The notes under the pieces are model-generated. The model was not told where the DNA came from. It made no database searches and saw only the letters and a program-made list of their open reading frames with translations. 64,000 nucleotides of DNA from Microbotryum violaceum (lineage: Eukaryota): contig CDLV01000009.1 of the NCBI GenBank assembly GCA_001244265.2, forward strand, positions 1,860,001-1,924,000. The letters are read 5' to 3'. The translations under genes and the position numbers were made by a program. Below are positions 50,895 to 63,896 of this stretch, piece by piece. Position 1 is the first letter of the stretch, and every line of letters begins with the position of its first letter.

Positions 50895-51286
50895 ATGTTC
50901 CACATCTACCTTCTCGTCGGGTGCATGACCGTCGGCGTCATCTGTCTCGTCGCGTACGAACTCGACCAACAAGTCCAAGCGAAGCAACGCCGAAGGGAAT
51001 ACGAACAGCGTCAGCAGAGGATGATGACCCATTCGTATGCTTCTTCGCCACCCAAGTTCAAGGACGGTGAGGAAGTGGAGGGAAAGAGTAGTGCAGTTGA
51101 AGCGGGTGCGCATGAAAAGATGATGACAATGGGCAGCAGCAGCAATACGGCGCTCTACGAACGACGACGAACAAACTTCACGACCGGCGCGGAGAGAAAT
51201 GTCGCTCAAGACGGGAGCGACCACCACCAAGTGAGCAAAGAACGATTTACTAGTTTTTAAATTCTCTCTCTTTGACTGGAGGAATC

Positions 51287-51331
<45 letters not shown>

Positions 51332-51653
51332 GAACTTGAGCTCGACGCTCTCCTCTTCCACCGACTCGGCCTGGCTCTCCGACTCGGGCACGCTCTCGGG
51401 CAGTCCCCCCTCTTTTTCAGCCCACCGCACCTCCCACTCCCGCCCCTCCCACTTCCTCAACCCCCATCACCACCTCCCCGAATCCAACACCGATTCGGAC
51501 CGCCAAATCTTCACGCGCAATTCGCGCCAAAATTCCTTCAAACACGACTCGGATTCGTCCGCGAGCGATTCGGCGACCGAGCCTCTGTTCGAACAACACA
51601 CACCGAGTAGGACGGGCGCTACCAGTCCAGATGCAGACTGGGAGCGATTGTGA
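50895..51653 (+). CDS. Uncharacterised ~218-aa protein: N-terminal membrane anchor, Ser-rich disordered body, C-terminal DWERL
   Basis: Two ORFs joined in phase 0 by intron 51231-51332 (GTGAGC...CTGGA...T40...ACAG); hydrophobic MFHIYLLVGCMTVGVICLVAY. Confidence 0.7.
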
Positions 51654-52027
51654 ATGTGCGCGTCAAAAACCTCATGCGGGTTGATCGAATGTGCTACCCA
51701 TCCCCGCGCTCGCTTGCACCACCGCTCGCTCGTCTCCGACTCTTGATTTCGCATCGCTCGATCTGTGTTATCGTTTTATTATTACGCTCTGCATTGGTAA
51801 ATCTCGGTTCATCATTCTCGTCACCTTTTCGACTCTGGAGCACGAGTCGAGTGACCTAAAAGTGAACCTACTTGCTGAAAAAATTCGACTCGAGAGAAAT
51901 TATTTTCGCCTCGCCGCCCCGTCAGAGGTGGAGAAATCTACCATCTCGGTTTCAGTTCATGTAAACCGGGCCAGGAATCAAGAGTGAATGGTGTGACATA
52001 GAAATTACCTTACCCATTCTACTCTAC

Positions 52028-54206
52028 TCAAAACTTTTCAAACCCGATCCGATGCTTCCCCTCCCCCCTTCCCCTCCCCTCATCCCTCCTAATCGTCTGT
52101 TTCCCCCTCCCCTCCCAAGGTTGTCTCCCCTCTCTCCCACCGCCAACCCGCTTCTTCAAAGCCTCGTACCTCCTCTCCATACTTTCCTCCCTCTCCTCCC
52201 CCTCCCCCAAATTAGGATGTCGATTCCTCCCCACCCATTCTTTAACCCTGTCCCAAACCCCCTCCCATTCAGCCACTTTCGTAGTACCCAAATACCTACC
52301 CACAACTAGCTTAGGTACGTCCAAAATCTTGTTCAAACATCTTTCCAAAACTCGATGCAGAGTAAAACGGAAATATTTTTCTTCCAACGTCGTTGGAACT
52401 TGACGCGCCTTTGTCGAATCGGGATTGGTATCGGAATCGGGATCGGGATCGTCGAAAAGGTATTTCTTCCCATCCAAACCACCCTCTTTTCGAGGGGTCA
52501 AGAAAGTTGATAAAGCTTCTGAAAGTTGAGATCGATCTCTTGTACTTAATGCGGTATGTAAAAAGTACGTTAGAGCTTGTGATGAAGGACGAAGTCGTTT
52601 GGTGCTGAAGGGGATGATACGGGTTTCGAGAGTTTTCGAACTTGAGTTTGATGGGGTAGAAATCGGTTGGGATGATGGTGTGGGTAAATTTTGACCAGTC
52701 ATTCGTGAGAGAATGTGATAGGCTCTAGAGAGGTTCACATTCTTCCAACACGCCTTGATAACTAGTGCATAACACTGCATACTAGGTTCGATCCCTTGGG
52801 CTAGCATCCATTCCAATAAAGCTGTGATGCAACACCAGAGAGTCAGTTCCGTCGAGATGGGGTTCGATAAAGAAATCGTTTATTCGTCAAATCAACTCAC
52901 CTTCAGCGCCTGCATCACCTCGTTTCGCGGCCCAAGCTTGTAAAACCAATTCACACTGTTGTGGCCCAATCAGTTGGTTCCCAAAACGATCACCATGATC
53001 TCGTACTTGATCGAACCATTCGACCGCAAGGTTATACCTCTGCATCTTGAGTAACAAGGTCAAGACCGAAGAGAATGAAGTTGAATCCATTCTTAGTAAA
53101 GGTTTCGGAGTGGTCGGATCGTCCAATCGATGCGTTTCGCTTAAAGGTAAGAGACCAAATATTTGGGTAACGATCGAGATACCGAGCGCTTGATCATCGG
53201 GTCGTACTTGATCTCGACAGATGGAGAGCACGACGGATAGGGTACGGTTGTCGAGTTGAGAAGGGGGTAAGGTGTTGATCATGCGATTATAGATCTCGAT
53301 CGCGAGCTGAAAGTTTTCCGCCGATGGAGGAAGCGCCTTGAGGAACCCCAGGACGAGCGAATACGTCGCCGAGTTGGGCGCCAATGGACCGCTCGTAGGA
53401 AGCGAATTGAACGTCTCCAATAAGAGCTCCCATTTTTCGGTATTACCCAAAAAAGTGAGGAAATGATTCGTCGGCAAGACGGACAATTCGTCACTATCGT
53501 GTTGAAGGGTCATCTTTTCCGAATCCAAAGCGTTGTTGAGATGGGTGACCCATTGCGAATGAATCGTCCTCGCTCTCGAAAGTGTTGCCGATGAAGCGAT
53601 TGTGGTCTTGGTCTTGTTGATCGTGCCCGTCTTGCCCTTCGCCTTGTTCGCGCTCGAGGCGAAACCTCTCAAAGCGGTCGCGAATGATCTCGTCGTCGGC
53701 GCGAATCCCCTCCTCTTCATCTCCATCCACAACTCGTACGCCTTTCCGGTATCCCCAAAGCTTTGCAACACCTCATTAATCAACACGTTCCAAACGACCA
53801 CCGTACAGGTCGGAGCGGGCGTTCTTCGAACGAGGTCAACCGCTTTTTCAAGTTGGTCACGTGAGCAAAGTAAACGAACTTGGTCGCAGAGCATATACGA
53901 ATCGTCGTAGGGTTGACCATTTTGACGAAAAGGAGAGCCCAGGGTAGCGTTTGATTTGGGTGATTTGGAGTTGTCATTGGACTTGGACTTGTGGCGTGGT
54001 GGTGCACGCTCGAATGGCGAAGAGGGGGCCGATCGATGGGTTCGTCCTGGTGCGTTCGATTCGGAACTCGCCGGTCCGGACGACGAACGACGGGGAGGTG
54101 CAGAAACCTTCACCGTAGTCGAATAGAGTAAACCACCTGGGAAAGCAGTACACCTCGTCGGGTTGACGGGGTGGATCAACCGCGTCGCCGCTGTGCGAGA
54201 GAACAT
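52028..54206 (-). CDS. Mitochondrial pentatricopeptide-repeat (PPR) protein
   Basis: Presequence-like MFSRTAATRL; PPR motifs VVVWNVLINEV...AYELWMEMKRRGFAPTTRSFATALRGF, PNSATYSLVL, EWMLAQGIEPSMQCYALVIKAC; one intron ~52823-52900. Confidence 0.85.
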
Positions 54207-54384
54207 GGTCGAGTTGCGAGCGGAGAGCGGAGAGTGGAGAGTATTAGTGAGAGCACGCCTGCGAAGGTCGAGAGCGCATCTAATGCCGCATTAGCAATCC
54301 CCAGTTAGCACGGTGGGTAGTGGCCATTCTGTGCGCCGCGCGGGCCCGGTGTCTTGTCAGTCGCCGAGCCGCCGCCGCCGCGCC

Positions 54385-56926
54385 ATGACGAGCCCAGACG
54401 CGGCGCTTTCCCCCTTTCTCTCCTTCCCCACTCGCTCATCCAATACTACCTCGCACAACCCCAAACGCTTACCCAACAGTGAGTAAGACCTTGGAGTACC
54501 GGTTCGTCCCGCTACCTATTCCGACCCACGCTCCTCTTTTCTCACAGTGCCTCGACCGCCCGTTGCCTCGCGCCAAGTCGTGCAGGTCAGTCAGTCGTCC
54601 CTCCCCACACTCTTACTCACGTCCCGTAACGATCTCAACGGCCATAATGAACCCCTCTCTACACATCCTTGCTTCTGTTTTCGACAGTCCCTCCTACAAC
54701 GCACGCACAAAACCCACTGCGGCTGCTCGCTCTGCTCCACCGCCAAGAATTCGACGCTCGACATCCTCAACGCTTCAAAGGCGATCCAATCCGGCGGTCA
54801 AGCCAGGACGTACGCGACCCCGGTCGATGCACCTCAGACAGAGTATGCTTTCGAAGTCGCGGCGAGCAATTTGAGGTTTGGTGAAGGCGTCACCAGGGTC
54901 AGTGCCCGTGTGAAACGATCGGACCGGCTCAAAAGGGGACCAGAGTAGCCGGTCGTGGTCAATGCACTTTAGCCTTCCCACCCACCCGAGATACACTCGA
55001 GCTGACCCCCCGATACATTCTCCCACAGGAAGTCGGAATGGATTTCGCCAATCAAAAAGCTCGCAAAGTAGGCGTCTTTACCGACGCGACCGTGTCCAAA
55101 CTCTTGCCGATGAAGATGGCGATCGAGTCGCTCGAAGCGGCCAACGTCCCTTACGAGGTCTACGACAAGATTCGCGTAGAGCCTAATCAAACTTCGTGAG
55201 TGCTGCTTTTTTGCTTCTGTTTGCAGGTCTGCCAGCGAGGTTTGCCCCGCCCTGTGCTGCTTCTTTAGTGCCATCTCGGTCACCTTGCCCCCACCACCGG
55301 CAATTTCGGCACCGGCGGCGAATTCGTCTGCGCTTTTCTCCGAAGCGCCGAACGAGACCCACGATCGCTGACATCCGACAATAATCTCCTCGTAAATCAT
55401 CATCATCATCATCAAAGATGGCAAGCCGCGATCGACTTTGCCAAGCACCACGACTTTTCTCACTTTCTCGCCGTCGGCGGTGGATCCGTTATTGATACCT
55501 GCGTAAGTCCACCTATTTGCACGTCATCATCTCGGTTATTTCACTCTGGTTCGCCGACGCTTACAATCGCTGATGCTTTCGGTCTACGTTTCCCCACTCC
55601 ACAGAAAGTGGCCAACCTCTTCGTCTGCCACCCCGAGGCCGAGCTGCTCGACTTTGTCAATGCGCCCGTCGGCAAGGGCAAGCCGATCAACAAGACCCTC
55701 CGACCTTTGATCGCCGTCCCGACTACGGCCGGTACCGGATCCGAGGTGAGCTATTGTCTCAACTTTACACGATCGAGCCCAGCTCTGATCCCCGCCTTTT
55801 ACGGGAACAGACGACTGGCACGGCCATCTTTGACTACTCGCCTCTTTCGGCCAAGACGGGTATCGCGAACCGCGCGCTTCGTCCTCTGCTCGGCATCGTC
55901 GATCCGCTCAACACCGACTCGTGCCCTCGCGCGGTGCACATCTCGTCCGGCCTGGACGTGCTCTTCCATGCCTTGGAATCGTGGACCGCGATCTCTTACC
56001 TCGACCGACTACCCCGTCCTTCGAACCCTCTGCTCCGTCCCGCGTACCAAGGTCGAAACCCCGTCTCGGACGTTTTCTCCGAATGGGCCCTTCGCCAAAC
56101 GGTCAAGTACCTCCCTCGCGTTGCCGCCGACGGCTCGGACAAGGAAGCTAAATCTTCCATGTTGCTCGCTTCAACGTTCGCCGGTATCGGATTCGGTAAC
56201 GCCGGCGTTCACCTCTGTCACGGTATCTCTTACCCCATCTCTGGACTCAATTACTCCAAGGGACGTTACCAACACCCAGGATACGAAGTCGATCACCCGA
56301 TCGTTCCGCATGGTATCTCGGTCGCTTTAACAGGTCCAGCCGTCTTTAATTTCACCGCCCCTTCCGCACCCGACCGTCATCGTCAAGCAGCGGAGATTTT
56401 CAACGAATTCCAACCGGACGGAATTGACATCAAACGCATCAAAGATGAAGACGTAGGAATGCTTCTACACGATCGTATTGCTCGATTTTTGGTCGGTTTG
56501 GACGTACCGAGGGGTTTGAACGCCGTGGGGTACAAATCTGCGGATGTGGACGAGTTGGTGTTGGGCACTTTGCCGCAACGAAGGGTGTTGGATTTGGCTC
56601 GTACGTTTCTTCTTCTTCTTCTTCTTCTCCTCTTTGAGCTTTGAGATATTTTCCTGTGTCGGTAAAGATGACTCACTCATATCCCCCCCCCACCCCGAAT
56701 TTGTTGGACCCTCCCCACCCCATCCCATCCCATCCCATGTCCGACCTCGAGAACAGCCGGTTTCACAGGCAATGAAGGCAAGGAAGAATTAGGTCGCATC
56801 ATTGAACAAGCGAGTAAGTCGATCTTCCGAACCATTTTACAATCATCGAATCAGGAATATCGCTGAACAAGGCTTTTTGCTGAAATCGTGTCCCTCCCTC
56901 CTATCGCTTTTACAGTGTCGTTCTGA
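54385..56926 (+). CDS. ADHFE1: Hydroxyacid-oxoacid transhydrogenase (iron-containing ADH family)
   Basis: TEYAFEVAASNLRFGEGVTREVGMDF, AVGGGSVIDT, PLIAVPTTAGTGSETTG, SGLDVLFHALES, GFGNAGVHLCHGISYPISG, IVPHGISVAL; start either 54385 or the intron-split A|TG at 54478. Confidence 0.93.
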
Positions 56927-57322
56927 AACGGACCTAGCAACTTTGGATCGAAACGAAGGTGAATGCGCGTCATTGGGGGGGGGGGGGGTTCGACGACACC
57001 CCCGCCGAGTCCTTGATTTTTTTTTAGTTCTTCTTTATTTTTATTGCGCTTTCTTTGTTTGTATGTCATTGAAAATGATATCGCATTCCTTTGAACTTAC
57101 TTTGAATTCGTCAAAAATCGATTCAAGGTCGGGGTTCTTCCCACCCTTCGATGGGTGCTTTCGAGTCGCTCAAGTTTTAAATAAAGTCGTTCGAAAAAAG
57201 CTTTGCTGTCTACTCTTCAAGGGCCTCTTTCTCACAAGTGATACTCTATAGGAACCGAAACGAACGCTTGAAACCTCTTGATTCGATATCTAAAAGACGA
57301 AGGAACAGAAACCCCCCCTCGC

Positions 57323-58994
57323 TCAAACGGCAATCATTTCCTTCTCATTCGTCGCTTCCCTACCCCCCGCCCCCGCCGAACGAGAAGACACCACCACATC
57401 CTGAGCTCCCGCCTGTGCAACCCCACCCGCCAGACCCCTCTTAACACTCTCCAAAATACTATCCAAACTCCCCCTCCACTCCCGCAACCTCTTCTCCAAA
57501 ACCTCCCACTCATCCTTCCCAAACGACCTAGGACTAGTCGCTTTAGTTACCCAAAACTTTGTTTCTGAACTTTGTAACCTACCCGAAACTAATCCGGCTC
57601 GAATGGCGTCAATCACCCAATTCTCAACCAGTTCTTCTTCTTCCCCTTCCCCACCTTCGTTCGTCGAGATTGAAAGGTTTAAAACTTTGGAGATTTCGTT
57701 ATAGGGAACTCGTTGACCGACTCGAGTTGAACATAATTCGCTTAAATTGATTAAGCGTAATTTGTTCTTCAATTTTTCAACTTCCAATCCGAATGACTCG
57801 AGTTGAGGAACGACTGAATCGGAGGAAAGCAGCTGGTCGAGATCTTGGACGGTTGAACCGGGTTGAAGGAAAACGTTGAGTACTTGGGATAGGACTTGGG
57901 TTGAAGGTTGTTGGAGAGCTTGGAGGTTCGAGAGGGTGGTGAAATCGTATTCGTTCGGTAGACGAAGTACCAAAGCGATCAGGTGTGAAGCCAATTCGTT
58001 TTGGGTTTTTGAACCCGCTTCAGTATCGGCGTGGGAAAGATGGCCAATGAGTAGATCCTTTTCGACTAGAGTTAAACGAGGTACGATTTGTTGACCCTTG
58101 TTCAATAAAGTGACGATCTTTAATACGGCTTCGTCACCTTTTTGTCTGTTTTCGTTCGAAATTGCCTCCCCCGCGAATCCCCATTGAACCAACCAAGTTT
58201 CGAGCGAACGAACGACGGGTTCAATAACGAGGTAATCGTCATTCTGCGCGGCCGCCTCGACCAACTTTTCAACCACTTGTAAACGTAAACCATCGAAAAC
58301 TTTTTCGTGCGTATCGAGCGAGTTGAACACGTTCGCCAAGGTAGCGTATCGAGTTGATAAAGTAGGTTGAACATTCTTGCCCTGACTGAAAGCGAGCGTA
58401 TCAACGAGGTCCAAGATCGTTTTCGAGAAAGCTTGATCGGGTACTTTGTAGGTTGATAGGATGAGAGAAAGGAAGAGATGCGCGAAACCTTGGAATTCTC
58501 GATCGAGTGCTTGGATCCTCACTCCTTTGAGATCACGCAAGAGTTGTTCCAATACCGTACGGCGTTGTTCGAGTTGGTCCTCCGTTACAGGCGGCGTAGG
58601 GGGAGTAGTCGATTCATCCAGCGCGGCGTCGTCCTCGGTGACGGGCTTGGAAGGGGAAGCTTGTCGTGCGGTGGTGGTGTGTTGTTGTACGTAATCGGTG
58701 CGTTGAGCTTCGGTCAAAGCGGTGGCTGAAGAACGCGCAATCACCGTAGCCAGTTGCGAGATCTAAACGGGAAGCTCTCTCTCCCAGTGGATTAGCAACA
58801 TCCCACTAGTTTTCGATCCACATCATCGGTGGGGTTGTATCAGGTCGAAGGGTACGCACCTGCTCTTCAAAGACGGGTTCGACGGCGACGAAAAAGCATC
58901 GTCCGCCGTGCGAGTTGGTAAACTCGTCCTGGAACGCCAAACAGGACGACGAAGACGGATCAGATTGGCCGTTCGCTGTGGTGGTCGAGGTCAT
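57323..58994 (-). CDS. EIF3M: Translation initiation factor 3 subunit M (PCI domain)
   Basis: N-terminal VFEEQ|ISQLA, LANVFNSL, PCI domain KLRLINLSELC...VPYNEISKVL...VENWVIDAIRAGLVSGRL...RSFGKDEWEVLEKRLREWRGSL. Confidence 0.92.
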
Positions 58995-59178
58995 GGTGGA
59001 AGGGGGTAGGGTAGCTGGTGGTGGTGGTGCGACAGAGTGCTAAAAGCGTTCGAGGCGAGCGCGTGCCTTGGCGGGGTGCCTGCGACGGGGCGACGGCTGG
59101 CGACGGCTGGCGACGGGCGACAAATTTCGCTCATTACAGACGCGCGCGCTGCCACGCTTGCACTTTTTTCTTACTAAT

Positions 59179-59226
59179 AGTCGAGCACGGTTCAAGTCGA
59201 GCACGGTTCAAGTCGAGCACGGTTCA
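59179..59226. repeat. 3 x 16-bp tandem repeat in the eIF3m/eIF3f divergent promoter
   Basis: AGTCGAGCACGGTTCA x3; GCGACGGCTG-type repeats at ~59082-59120. Confidence 0.9.
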
Positions 59227-59401
59227 TAATGCGCATTTCAGTCTTGTCTCGCAGCAAAGCTCTTTCACCAGCTTTCACTCGGTCACGCCCTCGCGACGAT
59301 CCCCTTACGCCCTCTTACGGCTTGGCTTGCCTTGGCTGCTCTGTCCTCGCCTCTTCACTCACCTCACCCCACCGCGCACCACTCACCGCGCACCACTCAT
59401 C

Positions 59402-60545
59402 ATGTCGCTCTCGCTCGCGCTGCCCTCGACCTCGCTCGCCTCGACGCGCCCCGTGTCCAAGGTGGTGGTGTCCCCGCTGCCCCTCGCGGCGATGCTCGAC
59501 CACCACCTTCGCCGCTCGTCGTCGCAGGACCGCGTGCTCGGCACCTTGCTCGGTATCCGCCACGAAGCGTCGAACGAGATCGAAGTGCGCACCTCGTTCG
59601 GCGTGCCTTACCAAGCCCAAGGTAAAGGCTCGATCACGATCGACATGGACCACCACAAGGCCCTGTTGGACCTACACCACAAGGTCAATCCTCGCGAAGT
59701 CGTCGTAGGATGGTACGCCACTCACCCGACCCTCAACTCGTTCTCCGCCTTGATTCACAACTTTTACGGTTCAGAATCATCACCGTTCCCCGCCGTTCAT
59801 CTCGTGTTGGATCCTGAAACGTTGGCGTTTGCGAGTTACGTTTCGACTCCGGTTGGAACGACCCAGAGAGCGGATCAAGTCGCTTTCGTTCCCGTCCCTA
59901 CCGAACTACGCGTTCACGCCCAAGAAAGACCGGGGATCGAATTGGTGACCTCCAATTTGACCTCTCTGAAATCAAGTGCCGCCACCGCATCCTCCGACAC
60001 TACTATCGACCCCTCAACCACGATCGCCTTAACCACCCCACTCGCGACCCTACTAACCCTACTCGAAAAAGTCTCCCTCATGCTCGACTCGGTCCTCTCC
60101 TACGTACACAAAGTGAACCTCGGCCAAATCAAACCCAACGAAAAAGTAGCCAGAGCTTTATTAGAAACGGTAGGGAGCGTCCCCGTTAACGCGGTAACGA
60201 GTTTATCGAAATCGTCGTCGTCGTCGTCGTCGTCGTCGAATGGGAATGCGAATAACGCATCGACGAGCTTTGAGGATGAGTTTAATGCTCATTTGGCGGA
60301 TGTTTTGATGGTATGTTGTAAACCCATCTTTTTAGCTTTTTTTTTGGGGGGGGGGGGGGGGGGGGGTGACGTGATGATGATACGCTCGACGCCGCCGAGG
60401 GAAAGCGCACTTTCTTATCATTCTGATCCTGATCCGCTAATTCAAAACACTCCACACCCCCTCTTCACTCAACCAGGTCTCCTACCTCGCCAACGTCGTG
60501 CAAACCCAAACTGAAATCTCGTCGAGGCTCAACCTGCTCGTTTAA
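59402..60545 (+). CDS. EIF3F: Translation initiation factor 3 subunit F (MPN domain)
   Basis: MLDHHLRR...DRVLGTLLG...EVRTSFGVP...LHHKVNPREVVVGWYAT; C-terminal FNAHLADVLMVSYLANVVQTQTEISSRLNLL; intron 60311-60476. Confidence 0.93.
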
Positions 60546-60614
60546 AACAAAAACGCACACCTTTTGGTGGGGATAGGGATTTGGTGGGGTTTGGGATGGT
60601 GCTGGTGGAGATAA

Positions 60615-60708
60615 TGAACAAACATGGTTCGTTGAACAAACATGATTCTTTGAACAAACATGATTCTTTGAACAAACATGATTCTTTGAACAAACATGAT
60701 TCTTTGAA
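60615..60708. repeat. 5 x 18-bp tandem repeat downstream of eIF3f
   Basis: TGAACAAACATGATTCTT units. Confidence 0.95.
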
Positions 60709-62912
60709 GGTTCGAAAAAGGGGAGAATGAAAATGCTGTAACGCTATCGGCCCGCTCAAGAGGAAGAAGATGATCGAAGCGAGGCGAGGCGCGAAAGTAA
60801 ATTCGAGTGGTAGACGTGACGTGGCTGGTGGTATCAAGTTAGAGTAGGACTTGCAATGTGTGTGTTTTTTGTTTTTACTTCGAGCATTCAGGGAACTTGG
60901 GTTGGGGTCTCTGCTTTTTTTTTTATTTTTTTTGAAAGAGTCCGATACGAGCGCGATACACCTCGATCTACCTAGTACCGCCTTGAGGACCCATCGGCGA
61001 TCGGATCATCATTATTGCTTGGGTTCCTCCCTTCTTCGTTCAGACAAGCACCTCGAGGTTTCGATGGGCCGAACTCGATAAGGGATATACGCCTGCTCTT
61101 TTCACGAAACAACCCCCCCCCCCCCCCCCCCCCCCCCAATAAATCCAGAAAGGTGAAACGGATGGAAAAGTCCACGAACCAAAAGCCCCCTTTAAAAACT
61201 ACTGTCAAAAGGTCAAGACCCCCAAAACAAACCAAGGCAAGTAATAATGATAGGATCAGAACGAAGGAGGTTATGGAAGATTTACCCCAATGTTTGTACT
61301 GCCGCACAGGATTTAACGTTGATAGCACAACTTGAGTGCGCGTGCATGAAGATTGGGAAGCGAACCGCAAAGATGGGATGATGAAGGGTGAATCCGGAGG
61401 GGGAGCCGCAATGGAACGGACAAGTAGTAGTTCGCATACGGAGAGGGAAACCATAATTTCGCGGATGAGGGGCTCGGATGAGAGATGGCACCCGGAGAGG
61501 GTACCGTGATGTCTCGGATGAGGAGTTTGAGAGGTGAGAGGTGGTTGCCTGAAGATTTGGACTATGACAACTACACGCGAAACTTATGGATCCCGTAGGG
61601 CATAACTTGCTAGAAGGAAAAGAACGAGATAAAAGTATGACTGCGAGGACCAAATGGACGGACGGCGAGCTCTTCGTCAAGAGGAATGCAATGTCATCTG
61701 CCTCAAGTCTATCCGTCCGAGACGACGACAATCTTCGTGCGTTAGTGCTACGAGGGCGCTGAAGACGAGACCCATCATGATCTGGAGCCCTCGTCGGCGC
61801 CGCTTCCGTGGTTTCTCTAGCTTTGATTTCAAGAGCGACGAGGTAGAGTGTTGGTAGTCGAAAGGACTCAAAAGCTGAGAGGTGCAGTCGAAGATGGATT
61901 GATCAATGGCGCCCAAATCTGAACGAGAGCGCAGCTTTCGAAAACATGTCACCGCTGACCCGTGAACCGACAAGTGATTCGCTCAGACAACAGGCTACAA
62001 GGTATGCTCGACCCATAAGATAGTGCATTTTGAATCAACCCAATTAAAAGACTCCCACAAGCGCCACAGGTGTAATTTAATCCCGCCCTCTCCAGATTTT
62101 GACCTCGGCCTCAGCCTGGAATCCGGACTGAGCTTGTGAGTCCGGCAAGGTCATGTCCCGACTTGGGTAACCCCAACGAAGAGCGTCACGGCCTGTGGTG
62201 ACCTATGGTATAGCAAAGCGGTCGATCAAAGATGATATGGAAAGATAAGGGAAAAGTCGGGACTGAGACCGAAGGCGAAGGAGACGAGAGAGAGCGACCG
62301 GAACGGCCGAGAGAGAGAGAAGGGAAAGGGGAGGGGCAGAACCGAGACCGAGTACGAGAACGAAATACTGAGACTGGAGACTGGAGACTGGAGACGACGT
62401 CGAACGAGAATTGAAGCACGCAGAAAGTGAGAGTCGGACAAGATTAGGTATTGGATCCTGGAAGTGGTCTGGCTAAGAATAAGAAGCAAACTCCCCTCAA
62501 ACGTTCCGACCATTCAAATCGCTGCGCTCCTTTCATTCCCCTTCACACTTTCATCCGCACAGCCAGCCCGTCTCTTATTCAAATGCTGCCACATAATTCG
62601 TCGCTGACAGTCAATCCTTGGTCATCAAAGTACTGAGTTTACCCGGCAGCGCTTTATCGATGAGAAATCTGCCGAAACCGGTATTTTGATCCTGCCCGAA
62701 CCAGTGTTGACCTGGACGATTTGAAATGACTCCGAAACTCGGCCCCGCTACAACCAAAATGACTCCTGAACCCGGCCCGCTACAACCGCTGCTCTCTTGA
62801 AAATTTGGAATGTCGATTCCGACGGGATCCCAAGTACCACAACTCCCGCCCAGACAGGGAGGTCGTCCAGACCGACGAGCCGTGCCGAACAAAGAAACAG
62901 GGGCATCTGGAC

Positions 62913-63631
62913 CGAAAATTACTTCTTTTCTTCCCAGCATACCTTCGAGCTTTCTCCTTCCCTCACCTGCTCAGTTCCTACGCCCATCCTTCCTGTGCAC
63001 TGTCCGCCATCGTTTCCACAGAGCGGCTCGAGTGGCGCAATATTCAGCGCAGAGCGAACCACATGAAGCTTCACAGGGTCCTAATCAAAGATCTCCAAGA
63101 CCTCAGACAATCCATCGACCAATCCTACGCTGATGCCATCACCGAGGGCCTGAAGGAGGTAGTACAGATTGTGAACTGGCAGTTCGCGGCCCTTTTTCGG
63201 CGCATCCTCTTTATCGAAGCTCAGCTAGGTATCCCTGACGACGACTTCTGCGGGGGCCAGCAACCCCGCACCCTATGGGCTCCCGAATATCAGACGTCGT
63301 CGTCATGGATACCTTGCCGAGTTTCGAGAACGAGGATGCGCCGAGAAAGAGCGGCGAACTGCAAGTCACAATCTGTACCACCTCCTTGGGGCCCTCAGTG
63401 ATGGATTTGGCGCAGGATTGGTTGATGGATTGCTGGGGGTCTTGGAGATCTTTTGACTGGGACCTTGAGAAGCTTGATGTGGTCCGCACTGCGCTGAATA
63501 TGGCGCCACTCGAGCCGCCGCTCGGTGGAAACGATAGCGGACAGTGCACAGGAAGGATGGGCGTAGGAACTGAGCAGGTGAGGGAAGGAGAAAGCTCGAA
63601 GGTATGATGGGAAGGAAAGAAGAAATTTTCG
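62913..63631. repeat. Inverted repeat IR4: arms 62913-63250 / 63291-63631, 40-bp spacer
   Basis: ~340-bp arms are reverse complements (outer ~90 nt near-identical, inner part ~80-85% by eye); left arm reads MKLHRVLIKDLQDLRQSIDQSYADAITEGLKEVVQIVNWQFAALFRRILFIEAQLGIPDDD. Confidence 0.95.
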
Positions 63632-63677
63632 CTTTGGCCATCGCGCGCTTTCTCTACTCTCGGCGCCTCCCCTGGTT

Positions 63678-63896
63678 TCGGCTAGGTATCCCTGACGACG
63701 ACGTCTGGTGTTCAGGAGCCCATAGGGCGTGGAGGTTCACTGCCACAACATGCTCGTCAATTTTCCAGGCATCTCGCTCGGAAAAATTGACCAGCATCCT
63801 GATGCTTGGAAAGCTCACGAGCATGTTCTGGCAGTGAACTTGTGCGCCCTATGGGCTCCTGAACACCAGACGTTGTCGTCAGGGATCCCTAGCCGA
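63678..63896. repeat. Inverted repeat IR5: arms 63678-63773 / 63801-63896, ~27-bp spacer; right copy continues past the window end
   Basis: TCGGCTAGGTATCCCTGACGACGACGTCTGGTGTTCAGGAGCCCATAGGGCG...GTTCACTGCCACAACATGCTCGT pairs with its reverse complement; 63847-64000 also directly repeats ~63271-63423. Confidence 0.92.

Noticed and set aside
60365-60435. Intronic box C/D snoRNA in eIF3f (GTGATGA...CTGA)
   Set aside because: No convincing terminal stem, C' box or recognisable rRNA guide; the motifs are short enough to occur by chance. A snoscan run would settle it.
61282-61973. Possible gene remnant downstream of eIF3f
   Set aside because: Frames are broken and no family could be recognised.
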